Assembly (NCBI GenBank): GCA_010093605.1
Contig: MU004181.1
Span: 682,001 to 746,000 of the forward strand
Length of the DNA: 64,000 bases
Direction of reading: 5' to 3'
Source of the DNA: Lophium mytilinum
Taxonomy: Eukaryota
The translations under genes were made by a program, and so were the position numbers. This document shows positions 11,923 to 24,879 of this stretch, piece by piece (the stretch's first letter is position 1; every line of letters begins with the position of its first letter). The notes beneath the pieces were generated by a model, which did no database searches, had not been told where the DNA came from, and saw only the letters and a list, made by a program, of their open reading frames with translations.

Positions 11923-12602
11923 GGTTCCTGCTTATGACTCTGGAGGAGAGTGAGCTGACAATCTAGCCTGAAGCCGTGCTGTCTGTAGGAGAGAGGGGCT
12001 CGAGAGGCGGTGTTCATCTTGGAAAGATATGAACCATAGTGCGTGAGAGCAAGCAGACTTACCGATTGAACGAGGTGTCTGTAGGTGTTGAGGTTTAGGA
12101 CTGTATATAACTGTAGATAGCAAGTGTAGTCGTTGCTAGTCGAGGAACGAAGTAGTTGTTTGCGGGTCTAAAGTCCTGAAGAGCTTCAGTGTGAATAACA
12201 TAGCTATGCCAAGCCCCCTACACTTACTCAATGTCCGCTCGGGTGTCTCTTCCACGATATGACTGCAGATCTGGGCAAATCCCTGTTGCCAAGAGTGGCG
12301 TAGTGACCCAAATATCTTGGCCATGCTCGTCTCATGCCGTGGTTTATTTGTTCAGCTATAAGCCGCCTGGACACGCAATTTCAAGCGTAACTCATTCGCA
12401 CATCAGGCCACAATCAGCGACTCGAAATGTGGGCCACCAGCGCCTGAGCCAGTTTCAAATCTTCGCTAGGATTCGCTCTCCTACGTTCTTGAGTTTAAAC
12501 CCAAGGGAGGCTTATGGTTATCAGGAAGATCACGGTAGCTTCCGAATTGCCCTTCTCGGAAATTTCCTCTCACCCAACTACCCAACACTCAACAGTTCAC
12601 CT

Positions 12603-14758
12603 TCAAACACCCTCGCCGCCAAGTTTCTTGGCTTCCAACTCCTTCCCTTGATGGTTCAGAGTGGCAGCTACTTGACCAGTCATGAATCCCTCGGTATTTG
12701 GCGCAAACCACGTGAGTATGATTGCAGGGCCAGAAAATGCAATGGTCGTAAGATAGACCGTCCGGTAAGCATCAGCATTGGCTAATTTGTATGCAACACT
12801 TCCTGCCGCAATAATTCGCTGCGAGATACCGGGAATGCTCTGGAAAGCCTCCGTGGTGCCTGTTGAGAGAGCTTCCAAGAACCCTGCGACGGATGTGGCT
12901 GGGAGACCAGCTTCGATCAGTGCTGGCGGCACCTCGATGGCAATGGTTTTCGTGAGACGGTTGGTCAGAACTGTCGTGTATATAGCCGTGAGAATTGCAG
13001 AGATGCCCGAGCGGACGCATCCTGCGGTACCGCCAGCAACGCCGATATCACGCTGATCGTTAACTAAGACGGTCGAATTCGTTAACGAGATGCCTTCGTT
13101 CCAGCCGATGAAGGCACAGCCGATGTACAGTAAGGCAATCTGCGTCTTCTTGTTGTACAGTGTTACGGTCGCAGCGCCTGTCACAACAGTCAGTAAAGTA
13201 TCGCGTCGACAGGGTGACGGAATCTTACAGCCAAGGAATATGCCTCCAAGAGTGAAAGCCGTCATGCATTGGTACCTCATCTTCCCGATGGACGTCCCCA
13301 ACAGACCAGAAAATACTTGTCCAGTGATGAATCCTGAACAATTTATGTGAGCGTGATAGCCTAACAGATACAGAGGGGATAAATACCCAAGCCAACAATC
13401 AACGATAGGTAGCCAGTGTACATCAGATCTCCATTGGCGTACAGCACCGCAACCTGTTGCGGCCAGACGATAGTAAAGGCGTAGTAGACTCCTGCACCGA
13501 GGCCTAGGAGCACGACTGCTGCTGTCCAGCGGCCATTGAGAAAGAGACGCATGCTGGGAATTGTAAGAAGATCAGCCATTCAGCTCGGAAGAACATCACT
13601 CACGGGATAAGAGGTTGCTTGACTGGGCCGAATACCTCCCATATAACGAAGCAGACGAGAACGATAAATCCGATAACGATTGCGCAGATGACGGCAGCAG
13701 AGTCCCAAGGGTAGATTGCACCACCCCAAGAAAGGCCTAGTACGGAGTACCGATTAGTAAAAACGTACATAAATGATATGATCCATTGACTAACATACCC
13801 ATGAGGAAGACCACGAATCCGCTGGCAAACAGGAACATTCCGAAGTAGTCAAAGTGCTTCAGCCAGTACACCTTGCTCTCGATGTCGGTTTTGTGCTTCT
13901 CCTCGAAAGTTGGTGGGAAGTAGAATGCCACCCAGCAGACCAAAGCGGTTCCATTTATTGCAAGAAGAAACCAGTAGATTCCACGCCATCCAACGGAATA
14001 TTGTGTGACGAATGTGTAAGCTATTGCGGAGCCTAAGCCAGAGCCAGGAATGGAGAATACTGTGAGTTTGGTTAGCATGATCGATGTACCGTATACCATA
14101 CTCCAAGTCTACTCACGATATAGGGTTCCAGTTCCAAAGTAGCGATACTTCATTGGCAGGAGTTCAGCGAGTAGGTAGCTGAAGGACAACTGCACTGCTG
14201 AGGCGCTCCCAAGAAAGACGTTTCCACCAATCTACTGTCGAATTAGAAAGAGCATTTCTACCATAGAGGAGGCCATATCATACCAAGACCGGAATGCTAT
14301 GAGCGGTTGCGCATATGACGCTGCCAATAACCGCGCAAAGGGCGCCCGCAATCATGATGTATCGCCTGCCAAATATATCGCCAAAGCGCCCGACGATAGG
14401 GAACCAGACTGTAGAGCAGACGTTGTATACGAGCGATACCCATACGTAACGTTCGTCGGGTCCGATGTCTGCATTTATTTGACCTAGAATAGGAGCGGCG
14501 TAGGCACTGGCATGCATTAGTCACGGTGAGCGAAAATAGACTGGACTTCGCATACAAAGCCGCGGTGCCTGCCCATAGACCAAGCGCTATCGCAGCGTAA
14601 CTGCCCAGGAAGAACGTGCTATAGAAGTAGCCTTTAGGTAGGGTAGATTCGTCTGTCTCGAAGCCGCCTTGTTCGATATGTTTCGGCGGGCTTCGAGTTT
14701 CGGGCTTGGCGAATTCTTCATGAGTAACTTGGTCTTCCTTGTCAGATATTGAAGCCAT
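12603..14758 (-). CDS. MFS transporter, fungal trichothecene-efflux (TRI12)/siderophore-transporter-like family; multi-exon
   Basis: Exons encode LPKGYFYSTFFLGS, AAPILGQINADIGP, VGRFGDIFGRRY, GWRGIYW, FYFPPTFEEKH, GLSWGGAIYPWDSA and AYRTVYLTTIAFSG; GT-AG introns lie between the ORF pieces. Confidence 0.9.
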
Positions 14759-15696
14759 GATGATCAAGGTGCTTGCGGTTGTAAATTACATGGGAGAATT
14801 GAAGGAATGACGCCGGTTTTAACATCCATTTGCGAATCCGGGAAACGTCGGACCTTGGTGGAGTCAATGTCGAGTTCTCCATGGGGAACATCCTGGCCTT
14901 CCTGGGGCGATTTGTGGGGCATCGAGTGCATTTATACTGCTCCGATAAGACTGCCCTATGGAATAACGAGCTAAATGCTGATCACCGACAACTCAGGAGT
15001 CGTGTCTGACGATGCTTGTTTAGAGAGTCAGTTCCCGGATCTCGTTACCCGCACTGCGGTTCGTTCGGTTTCCACGAACATGGCGAGAGATTTCGCAAGA
15101 ATCTTGTGATAGATAACGATTGTGTCCTGCAGGGTGCAACGATTGTAACAACTTGAAGGTCTGTGTGGTAGCTGATTACTTCGCGATGTTGAGTGGATTG
15201 GACACGTGCCATTCATGACCATTTTACACGTGTACTTCAATATTTCAGCTATACAAAGGGGCAAACCTGGCCTCAACTGTGTAAATGAAAAAGAAGACAC
15301 ATCTCGATTGATTGTTGTGGCTTGCAGAAAACACAGTTGCAATATATTGAGATGAGACGCGCAAGACGAAGACGAGTATATTAGGCTACGAGATCATTGG
15401 AGAATGCTAGGACAAAAGAAAAGAGCGGCAGAGGTTCTCGAGATCATTCCTCTAGCAGATAGCTTATGTATCGACAATTCTAAGAAATATGTAAATGTAT
15501 CTGGAGTTATCTGAAGTAACAAAAGCTGAAGGACGTCCCGCGGCACCACGTCCCCCCGCTCCGCCTCGGCAGCCTTGGCACTTCGCAAAAGTTAGCTCTT
15601 CATCATTAGCATCACCTCCTGTACCATATCGCATCCACCACCCCACCCTCCTAGCCTCTAAATACCTTATATACACCTCTCCACCCTATACCAAAA

Positions 15697-16400
15697 ATGG
15701 TCAAACTCGAAGAAGTCCTCGACGAGGAGTTCACCCGCACCCAAGACGCCCCCATCGACGACGAGAACGACTGGGACACCGACAGCACCGGTACGCCGCC
15801 ATCCCCCCATCTTTTCCCATGCCCAGTCTCCCGTGCTTCCGGCCTACTGTCTATTTGAATTGGTCTGCGCTTTTTCCTCCTGACCCCAACTAAGCCTTCG
15901 CCTACTCAGACTCCGACAACGACAGCGAGATCTCCCTCGCGCCCGACGAATCGCTCTACGAGCGCATCTCCGCGCTACAAGACATCGTGCCCGCCTCCAC
16001 ACGCCGGAAGATCAGCAGCACCGTCTCGACAACGACCAGTTGGGTGAAGAGCAGCTTGCTGTTTGGCGGGAAATCGCTGTGGGTAATCAGCACGACGACG
16101 CTGCTGCTGGGCGTGCCGTGGGCACTGGCGTATAGCGAGGAGCAGCAGATGGTGGAGATGGAGCGGGAGATGAAGATGCAGCAGAGTGCCAGTGAGGTGG
16201 GTTGATGCGAGTTTTCATTGGTTTATGATGAGAGAAGGTGGATGTGGAGGGTGAAGGGTGAATCGGAGTGGGAGACGGGGAAAGGGAATCTCGAAGACTG
16301 GTTGTTAGGAACTGCATTGGGATGGCGATGCTAATATGTCTCACAGATTCTGGCTCCAGGAACGTCCGCACAACCCGCCCAAGCGCGACCGGCACTATAA
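15697..16400 (+). CDS. TOM22: Mitochondrial import receptor subunit Tom22 (3 exons)
   Basis: MVKLEEVLDEEF, acidic N-terminus, ESLYERISALQDIVP, TM segment GKSLWVISTTTLLLGVPWALAY, then EEQQMVEMERE; last exon ILAPG...PAL* at 16347-16400. Confidence 0.95.
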
Positions 16401-17007
16401 TGGAAATGACGGGAGTCGATGACGAGGGGCGGACAAAACATCGTGTATAACCTGGGACGGGCCAAGCGAAACGTTCTGAGGTATATGTGAGGATGCCGCA
16501 ATGTTTCATTGGTGTAATATTAGGTCACTCGGCTCTTTCAACTTGTATATTTTGTGCTCTATACGAAGAAGCTCGTGATTTCGTGTGCATGTCTGCGTGA
16601 CATTCTCACTAATCTGATATTCAAGTGATCAAGCAGCTAGCGGAGTATAGTTATGATTTTCGACCCTATATTTACAGTATCCGCGCCCAACCTCGCTCCC
16701 CAACGTGAAGCCTTGATGTAGACAGACCAAAGTTAATCGCTCGCAAAGATCTCGGTCTCATGCCCCATTACCTTTTTCACAATATGTGCAGCCGACCGAG
16801 TTCACACAGACCAACAGGATAAGACGCAGGACGGGAAAGTTCTAATCGTGCAGCAACGACCCTAGCCAACCAGAAGAAAACAGGCGGCGCAAGAGAAGCC
16901 GGACGGTTGTTTCATACCGTCTGGAATTTTGGTAATACATCGAGGAGAAGAGGGAGTTTTTGGAGTATAGGTTACAGAGGTATTATTTGATGGTAGGAGG
17001 TGGGAGT

Positions 17008-18184
17008 CTAGAAGGGTGGCGAGGCTTGCTCGAAGCCTGGCCGTTCTTGAGCCATCATTACTTCTTCGTCGGCAGACTCGATGGAGATTGCTAGGCCGAT
17101 CTTGGCGGTGTTCTTAAGTTTCATGTTAGTCACGGTGACGCTGTTTGCGAGACGAAAGGAAAATAACGTACCTTTGGGTGGTCGATCTCTCCAGCGAATG
17201 TCAAGTTTACAGCTGGGGCAACACGCTTCTCTAGCAAGCATCCAACCTTTCCCTGGCTATCCAACTGCGCCCTGACAGACGATTGCCGGAAATCGTACTT
17301 TGCGCCAATGGTCGTCACGCCCTCTTTCCGTCCCGGCATACCCAATGGCCCACCAGCCGGACCCATACCTACGAATTGGAGGTTGGTCTCAACACCAGCC
17401 TCGACCTTGTCTGTCAGTCTCCGCCAGTATGACGCCTGAACGCCGCCCTGCGCCAACAGTTGTGCGCTCGCAATCCAGTCGTTTGACTTATACCGCGCAG
17501 CATATGAGAAGATGAGGTCAGGCCCGTATGCCATGGCCGATCGGTTCCAGACACCTTCAATTCCGAGAGCAAGACGGGGTGTAATGGACTGTAAATAGCT
17601 TCCCATCACGGCGCCAGTCAACCCGCCATCTAGTATAGATGGATTGATGGTCTTCAGGCTGGCGGTGAAGTCGGCACCGGTGAGGTCATTCTCGAAGGAG
17701 AACATGGCGCCTTGACCGGGCATTATCTGCACGCTTGACTTTGTGACCAGCGCAGAAGTCCATCGGTAATTGAAACGGCCGCTGAGTGAGAAGTCATTGT
17801 CGATGTTGGCTTGGAGGAAGACCTGAAGGCTGAGCGTTAAACAAATCACATGTGCGGGTGGCTGAAATTGACTACCCTTGGTGACCCGTACATAGCGGCG
17901 TATGCGTAGGGCGGCAGGCCCTGCGACCCCATGGACAGCGCATGTGAGACCTGGAAGAGAGGGGCTACGCTGAAAGCTTTGGTGAGATCGGCGCGAATGC
18001 CGGAGAATGTGAGGTTGTTGAGGAAGACATCGCGCTGGACCTCCTTTGCGATATTCTCAACGGTGCCGGGGTTGGACAAGCCTAGGGCTTCTCTCCGCTC
18101 TTGAAAGGATGCGTATACATTCCGCAACGAGGATGCGACGGGGTTGGTGGTAAAAAAGTCGAGCTCCTGCTTAGTGGCCTCCAT
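17008..18184 (-). CDS. TOM40: Mitochondrial import channel Tom40 (3 exons)
   Basis: [73 protein letters not shown]...SPPF*. Confidence 0.97.
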
Positions 18185-18828
18185 GACGCAGGTTCCACAA
18201 CGGGGAGAGAGGGGGCGGAAACGGGGACGCTGGGCGGAGGACGGAGCAGACAGGAGCTGGCTGATGGACGAGGAGAACGGAGGGGGGGAGGTCGTTGGAT
18301 GGAGGGTATGCTCGGGGGGTGTGTTTTGGTGCGTCGTCGCGCTGCAACTTTTCTTCCGTCAAGGAGAGACGAAGAATGCCAAGAGATTGAGGACGCTAGT
18401 CCCAGATTGCGATGGCGCCACTTTGGCCGACTCCTCCGGCTATCGCCATGATCGTCTTTGAATGACACAGCCCCGGCTAGCATTGCTTTTTCAGAACCAA
18501 GCAGAGCCATTCAAACTTTGCACAACGCCCCTCATTGTCTCCAGCGACTGTGATCATTCACATCTCGTTGTTCAGCTTGCGACCACTCCATTGCTACACC
18601 GCCCATCGCATCTTCATCGTCGGGGGAACTGATGACATCGCATCCACGAATACGATAGCCTCCGCAATCCCTGTTCCATCCATATGACTCGTGGGGCTCT
18701 CAACCATCAGACTCGACGAACTCCTCGTTCGAATTGATTGGCCACTGAACTTCAACAGTGATACTCCTCCCACATTTTCTTTTGTCTCCTCCGGCCGCAT
18801 TTGGAAGATACTGAACAAGGACGCCAGC

Positions 18829-20660
18829 ATGGACACTCTACTGTAAGTACCCCAGCTACCCGACTAACACTTTCAATGAGTCTGTCTAGAGTCACCCTCC
18901 TATATCAAACTTTTGTTGTCTACGTGGTCACATCTAATAACAATGTCTAGCACCGCCGAGATCTATGCGAATTCGCCAAGGTTCCGCCGGAGGTCGAGCA
19001 CCTTCGTAGACGCCATCCATGACTTACCAGAAAAGGAAGAAATGGCCCCGGCCCAGTTGTACAGCACTGAGTCGGGCAGGCTGTTCCACTCGGGTCGTAT
19101 CGTAATCGCTACCGTCGGCTTACCAGCACGAGGCAAAACTCACATCTCCGTGGCAGTGGCACGTTACCTCCGATGGCTTGGAGTCAAGACCCACGTGTTC
19201 CATCTTGGCGACTACCGTAGAGCCACTCTAGGCCCGGGAAAGGATGTGCCAGATGACTACTTCTTCCTGAATGCCTCTCCGCAATCCGTCCTCCTTCGGA
19301 ACAAGATTCTGAAGAAGTGCCGCGAAGACATCTACCACTTCTTAGAGCATGAAAACGGCCAAATTGCTATCTACGATGCAGTCAATGCTATTGGTAACGG
19401 GCGGAAGTCTCTCGCAAAGGAGTTTGCCAAACACAACGTGCAGACGTTGTTCATTGAGTCGCACTGCACCGATGAGCGCATCATCCAAGAGAATGTTCGG
19501 AACGTCAAGATCTCATCCCCGGATTATCAAGGTTGGTCCGACGAAGACGCTATTGCGGATTATCTAGCTCGCATAAACTCCAGGATTCCGCATTTCGAGA
19601 CCATGGAAGAGCCGGAGCTGCACTGGATCAAGATGATCAACGCTGGCGAGAGGGTCGTCGTCAACAACTGCGCTTTCGGATACCTATCTCAGCGCATCGT
19701 GTTTTATCTACTCAATCTCCACATCAAATCTCGACAAACCTATTTTGCGCGTGCTGGAACTACCAGAGAGGAGGACTCTTACAAGGCCGATGCTTCTCTC
19801 TCCGCGGAGGGATTGGACTACGCCAAGAAGATGAGTGACACTCTTTTGAAGCACAGGGAGCTAGAGAGAGAAGCCATCATTACTCAAGGTGGTCCCGATA
19901 ATAAGCTGAAGCCTCTCACCGTGTGGACCTCCACTCGTCGCCGGACCGTGGAGACGTCGAATTACCTTGCCGAGAAGGGCTATCGCGTGAGACAGCGATC
20001 ACAGATGAGCCAGATGAATCCGGGTGTCTGCGAAAAGATGTCGGAGAAAAAGATTCGCCAGGAATATCCCCAGGAAGTCATTAAGCACGAGGCCGATCCC
20101 TACCACCATAGATATCCACGGGCTGAGGTTGGTATTATCATTGCATTCGTTCTTGGCTCGCTACTAATTCAACATAGTCGTACCACGATCTCGCCGTCCG
20201 CATGGAGCCAATCATCCTCGAGCTCGAACGGGAGCAAAACGACCTGCTCATCATCGCCCACGAATCGGTCCTCCGCGTCCTCTATGGTTACCTCATGGCC
20301 TGCAATGCCGCCGACATCCCGAAGCTCGAGTTTCCTCGAGACGAAATCATCGAAGTCAGCTGTCCTTTTCATTGCCCTCTCGACCTTTCTCAGCACTCTC
20401 ATTACTCTTACTCAAATTCACACTCACACCAACCCGAACAGATTATCCCTTCTAGCTACAACAATGTCGCCAAGCGCATTCACATCCCGGATCTTTCAGA
20501 TCGTATCATTCCGGGTAGCCCCGAGGATCTGCAAATGCCGGTGCCGCCCTCTGGGACGGTCTCGCCGTTCTCGGGGGTGGGCACCCCGTCTGGGACTATG
20601 ACTCCGACTGGGATCCAGCCGTTGTCATTGAGGAAGACACATATTAACCCTTCGGAGTAA
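18829..20660 (+). CDS. 6-phosphofructo-2-kinase/fructose-2,6-bisphosphatase family protein (YLR345W-like, degenerate phosphatase motif)
   Basis: Micro-exon MDTLL then TAEIYANSPRFRR; Walker A VGLPARGKT; FHLGDYRR; YHHRYPRAESYHDL across an intron; IIAHESVLRVLYGY. Confidence 0.93.
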
Positions 20661-21984
20661 ATTCTCGTCGGTAATTAAAATATGCTTTATGGGGGTTTAG
20701 GTTAGGCTATGCTTCTTGTGATTATTGCACCCCGTCTTTCGGGAATTGTTGGTGCTTTCAAGGTAGGATTATAGGCACCGGCGCTAATTCGGGTTATTGG
20801 ATTATATACTAAGTGGTTGCTCACGCGTTAACGACCTCTGGAAATGCATCTACCTCCATTTTTTATTGTTGATACTAAATGCCAACGGGTTTCTATGAGC
20901 AATGAGAGCTGCGTTGCATTCAAACGCTTTGCTTTCTTCTCTCGCAGCCTGAGTTTCGTCGAATGCAAAGCCAACCAGCTTGTAGCTTTTACTAGTTTCG
21001 ACGCGTTGTCCGTCTTAGAGCTCTGCACGACCCAGAATACCACTCAGAAAAAGAGGTTGATATATGTGTCGCTTAAAACTGACCACGGTCACACGTTTCA
21101 CTTGGCTCCCGCCCCTTGCAAGGATCCCGCGATTGCTCCCCACATTCTTCCTTCAACCTCTCCTCGGTCTTGACCTTCTTCATCAACGACAACGGCATTT
21201 AGGCGTCAACTAGCTTGATGGCGGGCTTTGCAGTATCTACAGCCGTATCTACTGTGCTTACAGCTTAACAGTAATTCTACAGAGCGACGGCGTTGCATGA
21301 AGGCAGAGCCGACTCGATCCTGCGAACCCGACTCCTGATACTTTCAATATTTCTAGCTTATCTAAGTGTCGCCAATAAGATGCAAAGATAGCGAGAAAGG
21401 TTTCACTAATTATCCAATTCTGCGGGGAACCTAACTCACCTGAGCAGCTAGCCTGGAAACCCTGTCAGAAATAAATGTCTTAGAGACATGTCCTCTCTCC
21501 ACAAAATCCACTAGAACAGTTGTGCAGGGCAGATTCGGCCAGAACACGGGAAAGCCTTCGAGCGAAAGATGCATAACACAGTCGCCTATCACGCCGCTAA
21601 TGACTCGCGAGCCGTGATGGTAGCCAGACATCCAGACTCACTTGCTGCATATCCAGCTATTGCTAAGTCATTTGATAAAGCCACTACCCCGCAAGACTCC
21701 CCTTAGCTCTTACAAACATCACCAGGGCGGGTCCATGGCATAGGTGACGACTGCTCCATTAGAGAGCGTGGCTTCTGCATATAGCGCGGCCTCTCGAACG
21801 CCCTTTCTCTTGCCAACTCGTGCTCTCGTACCACCACTCACTCGCGAAGTTCCGTGTTTCTAGAAGAATATCCCAGCAGCACGCATCCTCCCCACCACTT
21901 ACTATCCTCCTCGTATCTATTTACGCTGTATCTGGTTCATTCTGCATTCTATCCTCTTTGCGGTGGTTCTTGGGCTGCCACACC

Positions 21985-23362
21985 ATGAGCTTGTATGGGG
22001 GACAAGGTCCTATGACGAACGGCGTGGTGTGGACGCAGTGTTCTCTTGCCTCCATAGTTGTCGCGCTCCGGATGTACACTCGGCGTGTCATTCTCCACAA
22101 TACAGGGCTGGACGACTACCTTATGGTTATAGCTTCAGTAAGGTACCCATCTCGATACCTTCATCTTGGGCCTACGTTGTTCTCTTCCTTTCTTTAATTG
22201 CGGCTCCGGCGCTGTGCTCGGAGCTTCGCCATACGTTCCCGCATTCCTGAAGAAACCCACAATCCCAACTCTTCGCCGATTGCAAGCTCGCTCAATAACA
22301 ATACCAACAGATCCTTTTCATCATTTACAGCGCCCTCGTCACTGTAGCCACCGCGAGTGGTCTGGGTCAGCCCCTTAGCCATATCCTAGACCAGCCATCC
22401 TACGCGAAAGCCATCCAATATGTAATAATCGCCCAAACAGTCTTCCTCGCTGCCATCGCGGTCGCCAGCAGCGCGGTCGCAGTATTCCTTCTCCGGCTTG
22501 TCCTCAGCCGGTGGCAGAGAACCCTTCTGTGGAGTTGCATTATCTCCCACTGCATCTTCAGCGCTACTTCAATACTCGCTGTATTTCTGCAATGCTCGCC
22601 AGTCGACGGTATATGGGACCGACGAATAACCAACGCAAAATGCTGGAAAGGCGCCCATGCGCTGAATTATCTTGGCTCGGCGTGGTCTCCGGTGATCGAC
22701 TTTGTCCTGGCTTCTTTGCCGTGGGTTGTTGTATGGAGCCTGCAGATGCCGAGGAGAGACAAGTTGACTGTTGCGACGGCTCTGAGTCTCATTGCCGTGT
22801 AAGTGGGGGCACAGCATATCCAGCGGCAAAACTAATATGACTTAGCGGTGGAGTATCTGGCATTATTCGTACGGTCCAGCTTTATTATGTCTACCGTAGC
22901 CCAGACTGGCCCTACGTCCGCGGAGGTGAGTAAACAACCACGATCTATTTATTTCAAGCTGACGGAGGTGTAGCGTACACGCTCCTGGCGATCTGGTCCT
23001 CCACCGAGCTCTTCAGCAGTATGTTCTTCGCTAGCATCCCGATCCTACGCCCGCTATACATGGCCGTCGTTCATGGAACCTACGAAGATGCCGTCGGTTC
23101 CAGCAGTCAGCGCTCGAGAGGATATCCGCTGCAGGACTACGGCAATCGGAGCGCTACCAATAAGAGTATCTCAGGCGGTCCTACAACTATGCACACCGCT
23201 GCAAGATTTCAAGCAGATAATACTAGCGAGGAGAGTATTCTCGGAGCGTCCGATGATATCTCAGTGGAAGAGGGAATCAAACAGGATCGTGGCGGTCTTG
23301 GAGGGATAAAGGTCACGGAAGAGTTTTCCCGGACTGTGACGTACTCAGAAACTCGGCTTTAA
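21985..23362 (+). CDS. PTH11-like (fungal rhodopsin-domain) integral membrane protein without CFEM domain
   Basis: VALRMYTRRVILHNTGLDDYLM, FLQCSPVDGIWD, IDFVLASLPWVVVWSLQMPRRDK, WSSTE...ASIPILRPLY; several introns. Confidence 0.88.
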
Positions 23363-23658
23363 ATGTTGCTAATAACGATGAGAATTGACAGTTGTTCTAC
23401 AGACCTCGCCTTCCCCCCTGCATTCTTCGATATTAGTCGTCCTACTGTTCGCCTCATCAGTGAGTGCGGAGAGACTCTGCTACAAGCTTTGTTAAACACC
23501 TCTTCACGCTTTCGTGTGCCCCTTGTCTAGCTGTGTAATATCTCCTCCAGGAGAGGAAGAACGCTTCATCACAAACATTCCTAGCCGTGTCCGTCATAGA
23601 CCTCCTCACAGCAGGTGAATGAATACGATCCCGTGACCCAAAAGCAAAAGCAAAAAGC

Positions 23659-23752
23659 AAAAAGGAGAAGTCTACGCGACTCGAACCTCGGCGCAGCGTC
23701 CATTCGTTTTCCGCACCTGGTAACGTTAGGCCATCTGCGCCATGTGAGGGTT
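23659..23752 (-). ncRNA. Putative Pol III (type-2 promoter) small RNA / tRNA-derived element, copy 1
   Basis: Minus strand: A-box TGGCGCAGATGG (23742-23731), B-box GGTTCGAGTC (23687-23678), then T5/T5/T4/T4 runs; no acceptor or T stem. Confidence 0.55.
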
Positions 23753-23902
23753 CATCCTTTTTACACTTGTCAACTAAAATTAGTATGCTCATAAGCTCTA
23801 GCGAATCCCGGATGTTCTGTCTAAAGCTACGACCCACTTCTCAAAAAGATAAGGTAGGGTTGTGGTTTCATTCACTCGGGCCCCAAAAGCAAAAGCAAAA
23901 GC

Positions 23903-23996
23903 AAAAAGGAGATGTCTACGCGACTCGAACCTCAACGCAACGTCCATTCGTTTTCCGCACCTAGTAACGTTAGGCCATCTGCGCCATGTGAGGGCT
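23903..23996 (-). ncRNA. Putative Pol III small RNA / tRNA-derived element, copy 2
   Basis: Same A-box (23986-23975), B-box (23931-23922) and oligo-T tail as copy 1. Confidence 0.55.
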
Positions 23997-24879
23997 CACC
24001 CTTTTTACACTATTCGACCAAAATTATCATGGTTATAACGTCTAGGCAATCCAAGAGGCTAGATTAGAGCCACCAACCACTCTTCAAGACTTTGTTAGGT
24101 AGCAGTGGTTTCATTCACTCAAGACCAGCGCTCTAGACATGTATTTCCTATCACCCAACTCTCCTACACCACACTCTCGTACACCATTTGTTTCATCGCT
24201 GTCCGCGTCCCCCTGTTACATTCAAGCAATCCCACCCATCTCATCCCCGCCGTACTTATCATCGACAACACTCATAGCCCTCTGTCCCTCCCAGTCTCCT
24301 TCGACTCCCTTTCGACACCCCTGCTCTCTTACTTCATCGCGCCACAGTCACTACTTACTTGATTCAGACATCCGGAGGTTGTGCTACTCGCTTCCGCGCG
24401 CTTTGACAAAGCTCTTCTGACCACCGTACGAACCTCCGGAATAGTCTTCGAACAAAGCCGTAAAAGGGGAGCCAAGAACAAGATACCCCCCTATACCCAA
24501 GAGCTTTAAGAATGCGACGGCGCAGCGAGGCAATTGCGAGGTTCAGCGGGTACCGGCTCAGCAGGAGGGCTCAGATACAGAGGATTCAATGGAGTTCGAT
24601 TGACGTCAGCATTATTTGCGTGCTGAGTACGTTCGGTACTGCCATCCGTACCAAAGGGAAAGAAAGGCATTGAAGAAGTTAGCAGAGATTGATACAATTC
24701 GTACGGTACTACCCCAAAAGCCCGAGCCCACGGATCTGACAATACTACGCTCCCATGTTGCTCGTACGACACCACCGCGAAAGGCGGTCGGGCCAGTTCG
24801 TAGCTAGGAAGGCAGTGATCAGTTTAATTCACACTACCTAGACCTCTTCACTGCACCTAGATACGTAACACCGCATGGG

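Larger units (their letters stand above)
23637..24125 (+). repeat. Tandem direct repeat, two ~244-bp units
   Basis: Units start at 23637 and ~23882; a ~125-bp core (CCCAAAAGCAAAAGC...GCGACTCGAACCTC...GCCATCTGCGCCATGTGAGGG...CTTTTTACACT) is near-identical; tails diverge but both end GTGGTTTCATTCACTC. Confidence 0.95.

Noticed and set aside
11278..12017. Long antisense and alternate-frame ORFs over real genes (also at 4135, 25493, 52410, 57465)
   Set aside because: Expected shadows of GC-rich codon usage
23659..23996. Canonical tRNA genes
   Set aside because: A- and B-boxes are present, but there is no 3' complement to the 5' acceptor strand and the T-arm stem does not pair
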